From positions 2,585,235 to 2,649,234 of the forward strand of contig JAXLVB010000001.1 in the NCBI GenBank assembly GCA_046329195.1: 64,000 bases of DNA, read 5' to 3'. The notes beneath the pieces are model-generated. The model was given only the letters and a program-made list of their open reading frames with translations. It was not told where the DNA came from and did not search any database. Both the position numbers and the translations under genes were made by a program. Shown here one piece after another: positions 35,987-46,325 of this stretch (positions are counted from its first letter, which is position 1; each line of letters begins with the position of its first letter). This DNA comes from Spirosomataceae bacterium. Lineage in GTDB: Bacteria > Bacteroidota > Bacteroidia > Cytophagales > Spirosomataceae.

Positions 35987-37687
35987 ATGGTTTCTTTCAA
36001 AAAATACCTCTGTTGGTTTTTGTGGCTATGGGCAGGTATCTGCTTAGGGCAAAATACCGATACTTCTACTGCCAAAAAATTGGTAAGCGTATCGGGTGGA
36101 CTCAATGCCTATGCAGGTTTCTATACAGCCAGTGGCATTCCGAGTCGTAACCAACAGGCACCCTTGGGCATTAGCGGAGCGCTAACCGTTACGCTACCTG
36201 GCGGTATTTCGTTGCCTTTTTCGGCAGTGCTGGGCAATCAAGGCAGTAGTTTTCGGCAGCCGTTCAATCAGTTTGGTGTGAGTCCTACTTACAAGTGGAT
36301 TACCCTGCATGGCGGGTATCGCAACGTTAATTTCTCACCTTTTACACTGGCAGGGCACACATTTTTGGGTGGAGGCGTCGAGCTTAACCCTGGTCTGTTG
36401 CGCTTAGGGGCTGTGTATGGCCGATTCAACCAAGCCATTTCTTCGACGGTTGTTGACCCCAACGTATTGCCTTCGTACAGTCGGTCAGGGTATGCCCTCA
36501 AGGTAGGTATAGGAAAATCTAATAACTACCTTGACTTGGTGTTACTCAAAGCCAGCGACGACTCTACTTCCATCAAAAGTATTCCACCCACTGCCGACCA
36601 AACCATCCGTCCTGCCGAAAACTTGGTTATCGGCGTTACTTCTAAATTGCTGCTATTCAGTCATATCAGCTTCGATTTAGATGTGGCCGCTAGTGCTTAT
36701 ACCCGTGACACCCGTGCCAAAGCCGTAGAGGCCGAAAGCAAAATTACATGGTTTAGAGCTTTGGGTAGTCTGTTCACGCCCCGCCTTTCGACCCAACTCA
36801 CGCAGGCCATTCAAACCAGCATTGGCTACCAAGACGCTTGGGGAAGCCTCAAACTTCAGTACAAGCGCATTGATCCCAATTTTCAGACGATGGGAGCCTA
36901 TTACTTCCAGAGCGACATCGAAAGCTACACCATCAGTCCGTCGTTCAATTTACTGGGTGGCAAGCTTCGGTTGGCAGGTAGCTACGGGGTACAGTTTGAC
37001 AATTTACAAGAAAACAAATCGGCTCGTACAGGGCGCAGCATTGGTTCGCTGACGATGTCATACAATCCAATGGTGAAGTTTGGAATAGACCTTGTGTTTT
37101 CTAACTACGGTATTAGCCAAAAAGCAGGTATTCGCCCTTTGATTGACACGCTTCGCTTGGCCCAAAACAACCTTACAGCCACACTCAATACACGCTACTT
37201 GATTCAGGACGAAAACATCTCGCATGTGATTACGTTTTCGGCTACGCATCAGCAACTCAGCGACCTCAATACCACTACGGCAGCCTCTACCGAAAACAGC
37301 AACCAGAATCTCAACGTAGGATATTTTCATCAGCAGATTCAAACAGGCTGGGGGCTCAATGCGATGTTTTCTTATACACAGAGTACCCTTCCCAAAGCAA
37401 CCGCTGCTGTTACAGGTTCTACCCTGCGCTTTTATGGCCCTACGGCAGGTATGTCTCAGGCTTTTTTGAAGAAAAAACTCAACACATCGGTCAATGGGAG
37501 TTATTTGATTAATCAACAGCTGAACCAAATAGGTAAGGTGATAACTATTTCAGCAACAGGTGCTTACAAAGTAGCCCGCCGGCAAAACCTGAGCGCTTCG
37601 CTCAATTATTTGTTCTCAGATACAGGCATTCAAAATCAACAGTTCAACGAACTTAGAGGAAATATAGGCTATGGAATTTCTTTTTAA
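35987..37687 (+). CDS. Outer-membrane β-barrel protein of unknown function (566 aa from the second Met)
   Basis: Signal peptide, pervasive alternating hydrophobic/polar β-strand pattern, and a C-terminal aromatic residue (…GYGISF) typical of OMP β-signals. Confidence 0.6.
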   Translation: MVSFKKYLCWFLWLWAGICLGQNTDTSTAKKLVSVSGGLNAYAGFYTASGIPSRNQQAPLGISGALTVTLPGGISLPFSAVLGNQGSSFRQPFNQFGVSPTYKWITLHGGYRNVNFSPFTLAGHTFLGGGVELNPGLLRLGAVYGRFNQAISSTVVDPNVLPSYSRSGYALKVGIGKSNNYLDLVLLKASDDSTSIKSIPPTADQTIRPAENLVIGVTSKLLLFSHISFDLDVAASAYTRDTRAKAVEAESKITWFRALGSLFTPRLSTQLTQAIQTSIGYQDAWGSLKLQYKRIDPNFQTMGAYYFQSDIESYTISPSFNLLGGKLRLAGSYGVQFDNLQENKSARTGRSIGSLTMSYNPMVKFGIDLVFSNYGISQKAGIRPLIDTLRLAQNNLTATLNTRYLIQDENISHVITFSATHQQLSDLNTTTAASTENSNQNLNVGYFHQQIQTGWGLNAMFSYTQSTLPKATAAVTGSTLRFYGPTAGMSQAFLKKKLNTSVNGSYLINQQLNQIGKVITISATGAYKVARRQNLSASLNYLFSDTGIQNQQFNELRGNIGYGISF

Positions 37688-37694
37688 ATGGCAA

Positions 37695-40600
37695 ATGTTC
37701 CAAGATGGCTCGCTCCGATTGAAGAATCGGGGCGGACATGGTACAGCGTCCCTGACGCTAAAAAAAGCCTGTTGGATATACTTACTGCTCTGGCAAAGCA
37801 TGGCTCAAGCCCAAACCCTCAACCAGTCGGTACAGATTACTGTCAATGTACTGCCTCCTTATAGCGCTTACATTCAAGACTACGCTTCGGCAGGGCGGCA
37901 GGTGCAGATTTTTATTCGGAACACCACTGCCAATACGCAAAATCTCCGCTTGGTAGGTACCGTTACGGGCGACAACGGCGTGGTGATTCAGACCCAAGCC
38001 AACTACCGCCCGCCAGTACCCCTGCGCTTGGCCCCTTTTGAAAATCGTTTGCTGAGTCAGGTAGATTTAGAAGGGCTTTTTGACCTCAATCAGATTGATG
38101 TTCAAGGCATTGACAAAAACCGCTTGTACCGAGGCTACCCGCTGCCCGATGGTAATTACCAACTGTGTGTCAAGGCATTTGACAACGCCCGAAACCTCCA
38201 ACTTTCGCCCGATTTTCCGTTGGGTTGTAGCGGGATGTTCATCTTGAAGTCAATTGAGCCGCCGATTTTGATTTCGCCGATGAACGGTATGGAAGTACCG
38301 GCTACCATCCCTCAGACACTAACCTTCAACTGGACGCCGCCCGTAGGTGTACCTCCAACGAGCATCAGCTATACGCTCCGAATCATAGAATTACCCAACA
38401 GCCAGATCGACCCCAATGTGTATATCGATGCCGTGGCACTGCCCAAAAGTGGGTTAGAGGTCAAAGACCTGAGAACCAGCGTTTTTCTGTATAGCCCTCA
38501 ATACCCTCCGCTCATGGTTGGTAAGCGTTATGCTTGGCGGGTGCAAGCTATTGACCGTTTTGGTAAGCTGAATTTTCTAAACGATGGCAAAAGCCCTGTG
38601 GGGGAGTTTACCTACGGGATAGTAGATTCTAAATTCAAGAAACCGGGTATGGAGGTAGCACAGTCGCCTACTATGCAGCTGCCTTTGCCTGGCTTTCAGC
38701 CAGTGACGAATCCGCTGGATACACTCAAAAAGAAAGATTATGTACTCAAAACCCAAGGACTTTCGATTGGATGCTCGTGTAAAGTGGATTTGGGCGATTT
38801 AGACAAGCAAAAAGTGGATAACTCCACAGTGCTGGCTAACCGAGTGGCTACCGTTGCGGGTTTTCAACTCACTCTGCTTGATGATGTAAAAGAAGATGAA
38901 AGCGGTTACTTGAATGGGAAGGGTACCGTACCCATTCCGATGATTAATAACCAGTATGCTCGCCTGAGGGTACAACTTTACAACGTACAATGCAACGCCG
39001 AAGGGCAAGTGATTGGTGGGGTAGTAAGAGGCATTTACAGCGGTAATACGTCGTTTAAACCCAATTGGGACAAGCCCGACTACTCACCGACGCCACTCAC
39101 GACTGAGCAGATTAGCAACATCGGTGATTTCTTTACCAATCAAAAAGACAGGTTGGTATCGAGTCTCAAAAACTCAGCAAAAAGCATTGGTTTTGAGCTG
39201 CCCTTTGGCATAGACAAACAATTTGGCCCAGTAAAATCGGTAGTGGCTGTTACCAATATTACGTTTACACCCAAAGAAGCCTTTTTTGATGCCAATACAT
39301 GGATAACCCTACCGACCGCACCAGGAGGCTTCAACGGAATTGCGCTGAGTGGGTATAATCTATGCCTGAGTCCGCAAAAGCCTTGTGGCGAAGGGATACT
39401 CTTTTTGGCCCAAGACACTAAACTCTCCGAATACGCTGCGCTTAAAGGAGCTAATTTGGTTATTCCTGGTAATAATCCTATCTATAAACCCGATACAACC
39501 CAAGCTACCTACGCTGTATTTGACGAAAATGGTTACCATCATCTCAGCGCCAAAGTAGGTATCAAGCCCCCCAAACTCTTGAAAGCCAGTGATAACACTC
39601 CTGTTGAAATTATCTTTGGAGCGTATTTTCCTACGCCTTCGTTCAGCCAGTGGACGGCTACACTGGAGTTTCCTGATTTCTATGTGGATGGCCTGAAAGA
39701 CTTTGTGTTTTCGACTAACAACCAAAAAGTTATCTACGACCACTCCGACCAGCCTGACTCTTACGTGGCACTATTGCCCAACAACTACCCCGAACCCGGT
39801 CAAAAGCCTGGAGGCGAGTGGAGGGGCTTGTTTTTTCCCAGCTTGAGCATGACGCTCCCAGCGGTATTTGAACGAGCCGATGGCAAAAAGCTCACCGTGG
39901 GAGTCAAAAATATGATTTATGATAACAACGGCTTTTCGGGCAAAGCCTTCGCCGCTAATATCCTCGACCTAGGCGATGGTTCGCTACAAGGTTGGTATTT
40001 TGCCATTGATACTGTTTCGGTTGATTTCCTAACCAGTAAGTTTAAGTCGGCGGGGGTATTTGGTCGAATTGTGCTACCCATCTTCAAGTACAAAGACGGT
40101 AGCAAAGATGGCGAAGGCATGGAGCAGTCCTCGCTGTGGCCGTATAGTTGTACCCTTTCTAAAGACGACACCAAGGGTATGACGTATGAGTTCAATGTGA
40201 GTCCGTCGCAAGATGCACAAGTGGACATCTGGAAGGCCAAATTAAGTATCTTGAAGGGGACATCTATCAAAATTGGGAATAGTACAGGAACTTTTAATGC
40301 CGTGGCTACACTCCATGCCAAGCTGGGCTTTCAGATTACGTCCTTTTTTGCTCCAGGGGTTGAAGTTCATAATATGATTTTGCAATCAAACGGGCCTGAT
40401 TATTTCTCGCCTGGTAGTATCAATATGGCACTGGCATCGCCCCAAAAGACCTCAGGAGGATTACCGTTTACACTCACCAATCCCTCGCTTGTCAGCAATG
40501 GCGCCAATCAATACCGTTTCAAGTTTACAGGTGTACTGAATCTCTCAGAAGCCGCTCAGTTTACAGCTGAAGCGACCTGTTATTTAGACTTTAAAGTAGG

Positions 40601-43600
40601 AGTTAAAGCCAACAAACGTCCCAATTTTGACATCATGAAATATGGTGTAGAGCACATCGGCGGCGACAAGCAGTTTGTAGGGCTAATGTACTTGAAATTT
40701 GACTTGGATTTTTATGAAAACGACCCCACCTACGGCGATGGTTTTGGAGGCAAGGCGTCGTTACGTTTCACCGAAACAGGCTCAGGTATTGACATCGCCT
40801 CCAAGTTTGGCAAATTTCAAGGCTACAATTACTTCTATGTGGGTGGTGTGTACAACATGCCCAAACCAGCAAGGATTCCGCTCTTTCCAGGTGTGTTTTA
40901 CCTAAGTGGCTTTGGCGGGGGTATCTATTACAACATGAACTACAACCCTGCTGACGTCAGTTACAAACCCAGCAAGGGCAAAATGGGTATGCAAGCCAAA
41001 GTATTGGCCAATACGGTGGACGGCTATGTGCTGAATACAGATATGCAGCTAACCATGCAACTAAACGAAGATGCCGCTGGCTTGCACATGGATAAGATTT
41101 CGTTGGATGGTAACGCCTACCTGCTGGCCGTACCCAATTTGGATAACCCAATGGTAATGGCTTCCTCTGAGCCAGGAAGCCCCTTAGCCAAAGGTCATGC
41201 CTATTTTCAATATAGTTTTGCCGAAAAAGTATTTGACGGCAACGCCAGCCTAACGGCGGCTTATGCAGCAGGTACGTTCAAGATTACGGCTACTAACTCA
41301 TTGTCTATTCATGCAAGCAGTCAAGGATGGTATTTGGCAATTGGCACGCCTAAGCAACGCAACAACCTGACGGTGTCGGCAGGAGGGAAAGACTTAGGAA
41401 AGTTTGGTTCGTACCTCATAGCAGGCAGTATGTCGCCTCCTGGTGAAACTGTATTGCCTACCGAACTCTACGGCTTAGATGCCAGTTTTGTAGCCAAACT
41501 ACAGGGGAGCAAAGTAGGTGGCAATTGGATAAGCAGCAATCCCAATTCGCCTATTTTGGCTTTTGGAGCGGGCTTTGGCGTTGGCTACGAGTATAAAGTG
41601 CCACCTTTTTTCCTGAGTTTCAACGGGGGGGTGGGGTTTGACCTCGCTCTTATCAAACCCGATCAACCTTGCCCTGGTTTTGCGAATATGGGCGTCAACG
41701 GCTGGTACGCCATGGGACAACTCTATGCCGGACTCTCGTTTGCGCTGGGTATCGATGTTGATCTGTGGTTTGCATCGGGGCGGTTCAAGGCTGTCGAAGT
41801 ATCAGCAGGTGCTCTGATGAAAGGTGGTGTCATGAACCCGATATGGTTTCAGGGAAGGGTATTTCTGAAATACAAAATCCTTGGTGGAGCCATCAAAGGC
41901 TCGCATGACATGGATTTTGCCTATAACGAAACCCAAAAGTGCGACGTGCCGCTCGAAGCCCCCAACCCCTTTGCCGAAAATCCACTTATCTCCAAACTTG
42001 GCCCTTCGGGAAATGACGCTGTTTCGATTCTGTCGCCGTTCTACGCTGAGTTTGGTTACCCCATCAACTCGATTATCCAAACAGAGTACATGGACAAAGA
42101 CAATAAGACCATCAAACGAGATTTTCGGATTGATTACAAGAAAGGTGAGCAGTTCAAGCTTACACTCAAAAGCGGAATCCCTGCTGGATTTGAGGGCTGC
42201 GCCGACAACAACGAAGGCCGGCATAGTTTTGGGCAAGACGAGGAAGGCCAAAACCGTTCAGCAACTTTCGCTCGTAACAATGCCTTATTGCCCAACTCTA
42301 CCTACGCCCTCACTGTAGGCGTAGAAGTAAAGGTTCGCAGCAACAACCAATGGGTTGTTTATGAGTATCAAGGCAAAAAAGCTAAAGCAGAACCCGTACA
42401 ACAGTCCGAGACGGTTACGTTCAAAACGGGAGCTTGTATTGATGTACTCACCACCAAAGGCAGCGAAACCAATGAGTCAACAGTAGCCTTTACGTATCCA
42501 TTTGAGGGACAGCGCTACTTTATGAAAGACGAAAGCAAGCAAGGATTGGTACGCCTCACTGCCAGTATGGCTTGCTGCATGAAAAACCTCAATAGCAATG
42601 AGTTTTACACACTCAATGCCCGCTTTATTCCATACAAAGAAGGCTCGTTTATACCTACCCAACAAGGTGGTGCGCTACTAAGTCCTGCACAGTTTGATGG
42701 TAGTGTCATTACCTATGCCATTCCGAGTGGGTTACTTAACAGCACTTTGTATCGGGTGGACATCGTGCGGATACCGACCGATGCCTTCTTGACCAAACAA
42801 ACTGACGAATTAGCCAAAATCAAAGAAAATGCCAAGACCTTTGCTTTAGAAAACAACACTTCGAGCGTATCCAAATGGCTTGACCCACAACCTGGTAAAT
42901 CGTTGGGTAATAATGCCCAACTACCCAAAGGGGGTGGTCTTGGTCCTAATGGGTTGGCTGTCAACGAAAAAGCACAGAGCAACACCGTTGAGGCCATTCA
43001 AAAATACGTACAGCAAAACTATGCCGATGCTGTCAATGTACCGATTTCATCGAAAATCATTACCGACTACAAATTTCTGAATGCGGCAGGTGTGAACATC
43101 GAAAAATTGACTGACAACTTCAACAGCAAAGAGCGAGACAAACTTAAGTATGAGCAGGTAAAGTACAGCTACTATTTCAAAACCAGCAAGTACAATACGA
43201 TGGCTCAAAAAGTACAAAAAGCAGCGATAGATTCGCCCAGTCAGGAGGTGACCAAGTGGCTCTACCAAGGCGAAGAATATATCTACTCAGCTCCGTTTAA
43301 GCTCGACGAAAATTTTGACACCTACGAGATTGCTGGGCAAACAATAGGCAATAAAGGCGCTAAAATGTATTTGCCACCACTGTTTGGCCTCAAAGCTACT
43401 CGTAACAACAAATGGGTGACAGGCTTCTTAGAACCTTTGGAAACAAAAGTAGATGCAGCGTACAACAAACTTGGGGGTGTTTCGGGCGGTATTGGTATTG
43501 ACGGAATGGTAGCAAAAATGGCAAGAATTACGCCTTATGTAGATAGCTACGTTTACTCTAGTGCAGAACCACCACTCTCAAAAGAAAAAATTGATGCTTT

Positions 43601-43643
43601 GCTATTTGATGCGCTGCTCAAGTATCTGGCTGGCGGAAAATAA
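37695..43643 (+). CDS. Giant (~1980 aa) secreted/cell-surface protein of unknown function. The true start is uncertain: ATG 37671 or 37695, or TTG 37716, which would give signal peptide MKNRGG…LLLWQSMA.
   Basis: Single uninterrupted ORF with β-rich, G/N/T-rich composition. It overlaps the stop of the OMP gene. I recognised no known catalytic motifs. Confidence 0.7.
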   Translation: MFQDGSLRLKNRGGHGTASLTLKKACWIYLLLWQSMAQAQTLNQSVQITVNVLPPYSAYIQDYASAGRQVQIFIRNTTANTQNLRLVGTVTGDNGVVIQTQANYRPPVPLRLAPFENRLLSQVDLEGLFDLNQIDVQGIDKNRLYRGYPLPDGNYQLCVKAFDNARNLQLSPDFPLGCSGMFILKSIEPPILISPMNGMEVPATIPQTLTFNWTPPVGVPPTSISYTLRIIELPNSQIDPNVYIDAVALPKSGLEVKDLRTSVFLYSPQYPPLMVGKRYAWRVQAIDRFGKLNFLNDGKSPVGEFTYGIVDSKFKKPGMEVAQSPTMQLPLPGFQPVTNPLDTLKKKDYVLKTQGLSIGCSCKVDLGDLDKQKVDNSTVLANRVATVAGFQLTLLDDVKEDESGYLNGKGTVPIPMINNQYARLRVQLYNVQCNAEGQVIGGVVRGIYSGNTSFKPNWDKPDYSPTPLTTEQISNIGDFFTNQKDRLVSSLKNSAKSIGFELPFGIDKQFGPVKSVVAVTNITFTPKEAFFDANTWITLPTAPGGFNGIALSGYNLCLSPQKPCGEGILFLAQDTKLSEYAALKGANLVIPGNNPIYKPDTTQATYAVFDENGYHHLSAKVGIKPPKLLKASDNTPVEIIFGAYFPTPSFSQWTATLEFPDFYVDGLKDFVFSTNNQKVIYDHSDQPDSYVALLPNNYPEPGQKPGGEWRGLFFPSLSMTLPAVFERADGKKLTVGVKNMIYDNNGFSGKAFAANILDLGDGSLQGWYFAIDTVSVDFLTSKFKSAGVFGRIVLPIFKYKDGSKDGEGMEQSSLWPYSCTLSKDDTKGMTYEFNVSPSQDAQVDIWKAKLSILKGTSIKIGNSTGTFNAVATLHAKLGFQITSFFAPGVEVHNMILQSNGPDYFSPGSINMALASPQKTSGGLPFTLTNPSLVSNGANQYRFKFTGVLNLSEAAQFTAEATCYLDFKVGVKANKRPNFDIMKYGVEHIGGDKQFVGLMYLKFDLDFYENDPTYGDGFGGKASLRFTETGSGIDIASKFGKFQGYNYFYVGGVYNMPKPARIPLFPGVFYLSGFGGGIYYNMNYNPADVSYKPSKGKMGMQAKVLANTVDGYVLNTDMQLTMQLNEDAAGLHMDKISLDGNAYLLAVPNLDNPMVMASSEPGSPLAKGHAYFQYSFAEKVFDGNASLTAAYAAGTFKITATNSLSIHASSQGWYLAIGTPKQRNNLTVSAGGKDLGKFGSYLIAGSMSPPGETVLPTELYGLDASFVAKLQGSKVGGNWISSNPNSPILAFGAGFGVGYEYKVPPFFLSFNGGVGFDLALIKPDQPCPGFANMGVNGWYAMGQLYAGLSFALGIDVDLWFASGRFKAVEVSAGALMKGGVMNPIWFQGRVFLKYKILGGAIKGSHDMDFAYNETQKCDVPLEAPNPFAENPLISKLGPSGNDAVSILSPFYAEFGYPINSIIQTEYMDKDNKTIKRDFRIDYKKGEQFKLTLKSGIPAGFEGCADNNEGRHSFGQDEEGQNRSATFARNNALLPNSTYALTVGVEVKVRSNNQWVVYEYQGKKAKAEPVQQSETVTFKTGACIDVLTTKGSETNESTVAFTYPFEGQRYFMKDESKQGLVRLTASMACCMKNLNSNEFYTLNARFIPYKEGSFIPTQQGGALLSPAQFDGSVITYAIPSGLLNSTLYRVDIVRIPTDAFLTKQTDELAKIKENAKTFALENNTSSVSKWLDPQPGKSLGNNAQLPKGGGLGPNGLAVNEKAQSNTVEAIQKYVQQNYADAVNVPISSKIITDYKFLNAAGVNIEKLTDNFNSKERDKLKYEQVKYSYYFKTSKYNTMAQKVQKAAIDSPSQEVTKWLYQGEEYIYSAPFKLDENFDTYEIAGQTIGNKGAKMYLPPLFGLKATRNNKWVTGFLEPLETKVDAAYNKLGGVSGGIGIDGMVAKMARITPYVDSYVYSSAEPPLSKEKIDALLFDALLKYLAGGK

Positions 43644-43665
43644 CACCTCCATAACAAGCCCTCGT

Positions 43666-44211
43666 ATGAAACGCTTTTTATTTATCTTATTAGTAGTCGT
43701 GCTTTGTGGGGAACAAACGCAGGCTCAATTCTCCAACAAGAACGTGGATTTATCGGGTAGCGACATCGCTGGGATGGTCAATACAACACAATACAACCCG
43801 AAATCAGAAAAGACATTGAGTTGGGTCGGAACCATTACCAAAGAACCGACAGCAGTAGAATCGTACGTATTTGGCAGTAGTGCGCCTGCTCGTTATCTGT
43901 TTGTGTATGACCCCACACCCGCCTATGATGTCTATGTGGCGCTCAACAAAGCTGGCTACCAATACTGCTACGAGTCGGGGCCTTATGGTGACTGTACTCT
44001 TAGCAAAGCTTTGTCGGGCTATAAAGCTTTTTTCACGTTTGTACCCCTCACCGTTTTCACAGACTTTCAGTATATCCAACCCGACTACCTAAAAACCTTA
44101 GCTAAGTCAGGTGCATTGTACGACAAAAGCCAAGCCGACCCTACCACTGAGCACGTTTTCCAATGGACGGTCATACGGTCGGGAGTGGGTTTTACTGCTC
44201 AGAAAAAATAA
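43666..44211 (+). CDS. Secreted hypothetical protein (181 aa; signal peptide MKRFLFILLVVVLCGEQTQA)
   Basis: ORF immediately downstream of the giant gene with a clear signal peptide. Confidence 0.5.
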   Translation: MKRFLFILLVVVLCGEQTQAQFSNKNVDLSGSDIAGMVNTTQYNPKSEKTLSWVGTITKEPTAVESYVFGSSAPARYLFVYDPTPAYDVYVALNKAGYQYCYESGPYGDCTLSKALSGYKAFFTFVPLTVFTDFQYIQPDYLKTLAKSGALYDKSQADPTTEHVFQWTVIRSGVGFTAQKK

Positions 44212-44234
44212 CGCCCCAAACGACTCTTACTTTT

Positions 44235-46313
44235 ATGAAATATCTGTTCGCTTTTTTGTTGTTTAGTTCTTGGAGCTTTGCCCAAACACAGCCTAAACCA
44301 ACACCTCCCCAAGCCTCCAACGATGCTCCAAAGCCAGCGGCTATCAGCTTGGTAACCCGCTCTTACGGTGATTCGGTGGTGGTGCGATGGGCTACTGACA
44401 ATTCCATTCTTTGGAAAATGTCGCTTGAAGCAGGCTATCGGCTTACTCGCAAGAGTATCACGGCACAAGGTAAGGTAATGGTTGATTATCAGATTGTTGT
44501 GAAGCCGTGGAGTGTAGAAGAATGGAGACAAAAACATTGCCCCAACGATACACTTGCCGCCATTGCTACTCAATTGGTTTGGGGTAAAACCAAGCCTATT
44601 CGCTACGACGAAGAAGTAACGCTTGACAAGCTCATGCGCCAACAAAACCTCAATGACACTCGCTTAATGATGGCGCTCATTTTGGCTGACGAAAATACCC
44701 AACGAGCCCGAGGGATGGCTTTGGGTTGGGTGGACAAAAAGGTGGTAAAAGGTACGCAATATGTCTATAGCATTCGCTCCTTGGCCGATGCTAAATTGTA
44801 TCCTGCCGACACCGCTTTCACCGTACTACGCAACGACGGGCCTTACCCTCGCCCCGAAATGCCACCCGTTTACGCCTCGGCTGGCGACAAAGTGGCTACG
44901 TTATCTTGGGATCGGTACATAGCTGAAAAAGCTTTTTCATCGTACTACATCGAACGCTCCGACGACGGCGGACGCACATTCAAACGCATAACGATTCGTC
45001 CGTGGGTTTCGTCGGCCAGTGAAAACGACCGAGAATCCATCCAATACAGTGATTCACTCAGCACTAACTATAAATCGTACCAGTACCGAGTAGTAGGTAA
45101 TACGGCTTTTGGTGAGCCAAGCTTACCCTCAAAACCAGTGGCCGTCAAGGGTATAGACATGGAGGCACCTTCGGGAGTTACCATGCTTACTGCCGAACAC
45201 CAGTTGGGTAGTCGAGTGAGGCTTCGCTGGCAGCACCCTAACGCCCCTTCTGATTTGGCGGGGTACCTAGTAGCCAAAGCTGTACAGAGTGAAGGACCTT
45301 TTGTGCCACTAACCAAAAAACTACTCCCTACCAATCAGCGAGAATTTATAGATACTACAGCTATACCAACACTGCCAGCTTATTACGTAGTGGTGTCAGT
45401 AGATACCTCCAAAAATTCACAGCGGTCGCTACCTGTTTATTGTATGTTCAAAGATGTCAAAGGCCCTACCCGTCCAACGGGTCTGCAAGGGTATATTGAT
45501 ACGACAGGCTTGGTACGAGTAGTATGGAATCCTAACCTTGACCAAGACCTAATGGGCTACAAAGTGCTCATCGCTAACGACCCCACGCACGTGTTTACGA
45601 GTGTTACGGATGGGTACTTACAAACGGCTGTTTTTAATGACACCACTACCTTGCAGACCCTCACTCGACACTTATACGTGCGGGTCGTGGCTTACGACAA
45701 ACATTTTAATCCCAGCTTACCGTCTGACATTCTGACACTCACTCGACCTGACAAGATACCGCCCATTACCCCTGTTTTTGCGGGATTTACCGCCAGCGAT
45801 AGTAGCATTACCATGAACTGGGTAAGCGGCAGCGACGATGTAAAAGAGTTGGGGCTCTATCGTCGCAATGCCAGTTCGGAGCGATGGAGAGAGTTGAAAA
45901 AACTCCCTACTCAAACCAATACCTATACCGATAAAGCGCTGAAACCCAACACCGACTACCAGTACATGCTCGTGGCGGTAGATTCGGCAGGTTTGCGCTC
46001 GCCGGAGTCCTTTCCGCTCAATACCGCTACACTCCGCACCATTCCCAAAAGCATCAAACAACTCAATGCAGCGCTGAGTGCCGATAAAAAAGCAGTGAAT
46101 TTGACTTGGAAAGCTCCCGCCGACAATTGCTATTACATTATTTACAAAGCCCTAGGCACTGACTACTTGCAAAGCTACGATAAGGTAGCTCGCCTCAATA
46201 CGTTTACCGACCGAAACGTGCTTCCTGGCGTAGTGAACTATGCCGTAAAGGTACTCTATGCCGACGGCAGCGAGTCGGCGCTGTCTCAGCCAGTACGAGT
46301 GGAGATTAAATAA
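44235..46313 (+). CDS. Secreted multi-domain protein with several fibronectin type III-like domains (692 aa)
   Basis: Signal peptide MKYLFAFLLFSSWSFAQ. It has repeated FN3-like elements (YxYRVVxxxxxGE, WxxPxxxxDLxGYxV…Y). Confidence 0.65.
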   Translation: MKYLFAFLLFSSWSFAQTQPKPTPPQASNDAPKPAAISLVTRSYGDSVVVRWATDNSILWKMSLEAGYRLTRKSITAQGKVMVDYQIVVKPWSVEEWRQKHCPNDTLAAIATQLVWGKTKPIRYDEEVTLDKLMRQQNLNDTRLMMALILADENTQRARGMALGWVDKKVVKGTQYVYSIRSLADAKLYPADTAFTVLRNDGPYPRPEMPPVYASAGDKVATLSWDRYIAEKAFSSYYIERSDDGGRTFKRITIRPWVSSASENDRESIQYSDSLSTNYKSYQYRVVGNTAFGEPSLPSKPVAVKGIDMEAPSGVTMLTAEHQLGSRVRLRWQHPNAPSDLAGYLVAKAVQSEGPFVPLTKKLLPTNQREFIDTTAIPTLPAYYVVVSVDTSKNSQRSLPVYCMFKDVKGPTRPTGLQGYIDTTGLVRVVWNPNLDQDLMGYKVLIANDPTHVFTSVTDGYLQTAVFNDTTTLQTLTRHLYVRVVAYDKHFNPSLPSDILTLTRPDKIPPITPVFAGFTASDSSITMNWVSGSDDVKELGLYRRNASSERWRELKKLPTQTNTYTDKALKPNTDYQYMLVAVDSAGLRSPESFPLNTATLRTIPKSIKQLNAALSADKKAVNLTWKAPADNCYYIIYKALGTDYLQSYDKVARLNTFTDRNVLPGVVNYAVKVLYADGSESALSQPVRVEIK

Positions 46314-46325
46314 AAAGGAACTGAC

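Noticed and set aside
37688-37870. Alternative-frame small ORF starting at the ATG that overlaps the OMP stop (MANVPRWLAPIEESGRTW…)
   Set aside because: It lies in a different frame from the 1990-aa ORF and is fully embedded in its 5' end. It is more likely that the giant gene uses ATG 37671/37695 or TTG 37716, which gives a plausible signal peptide.
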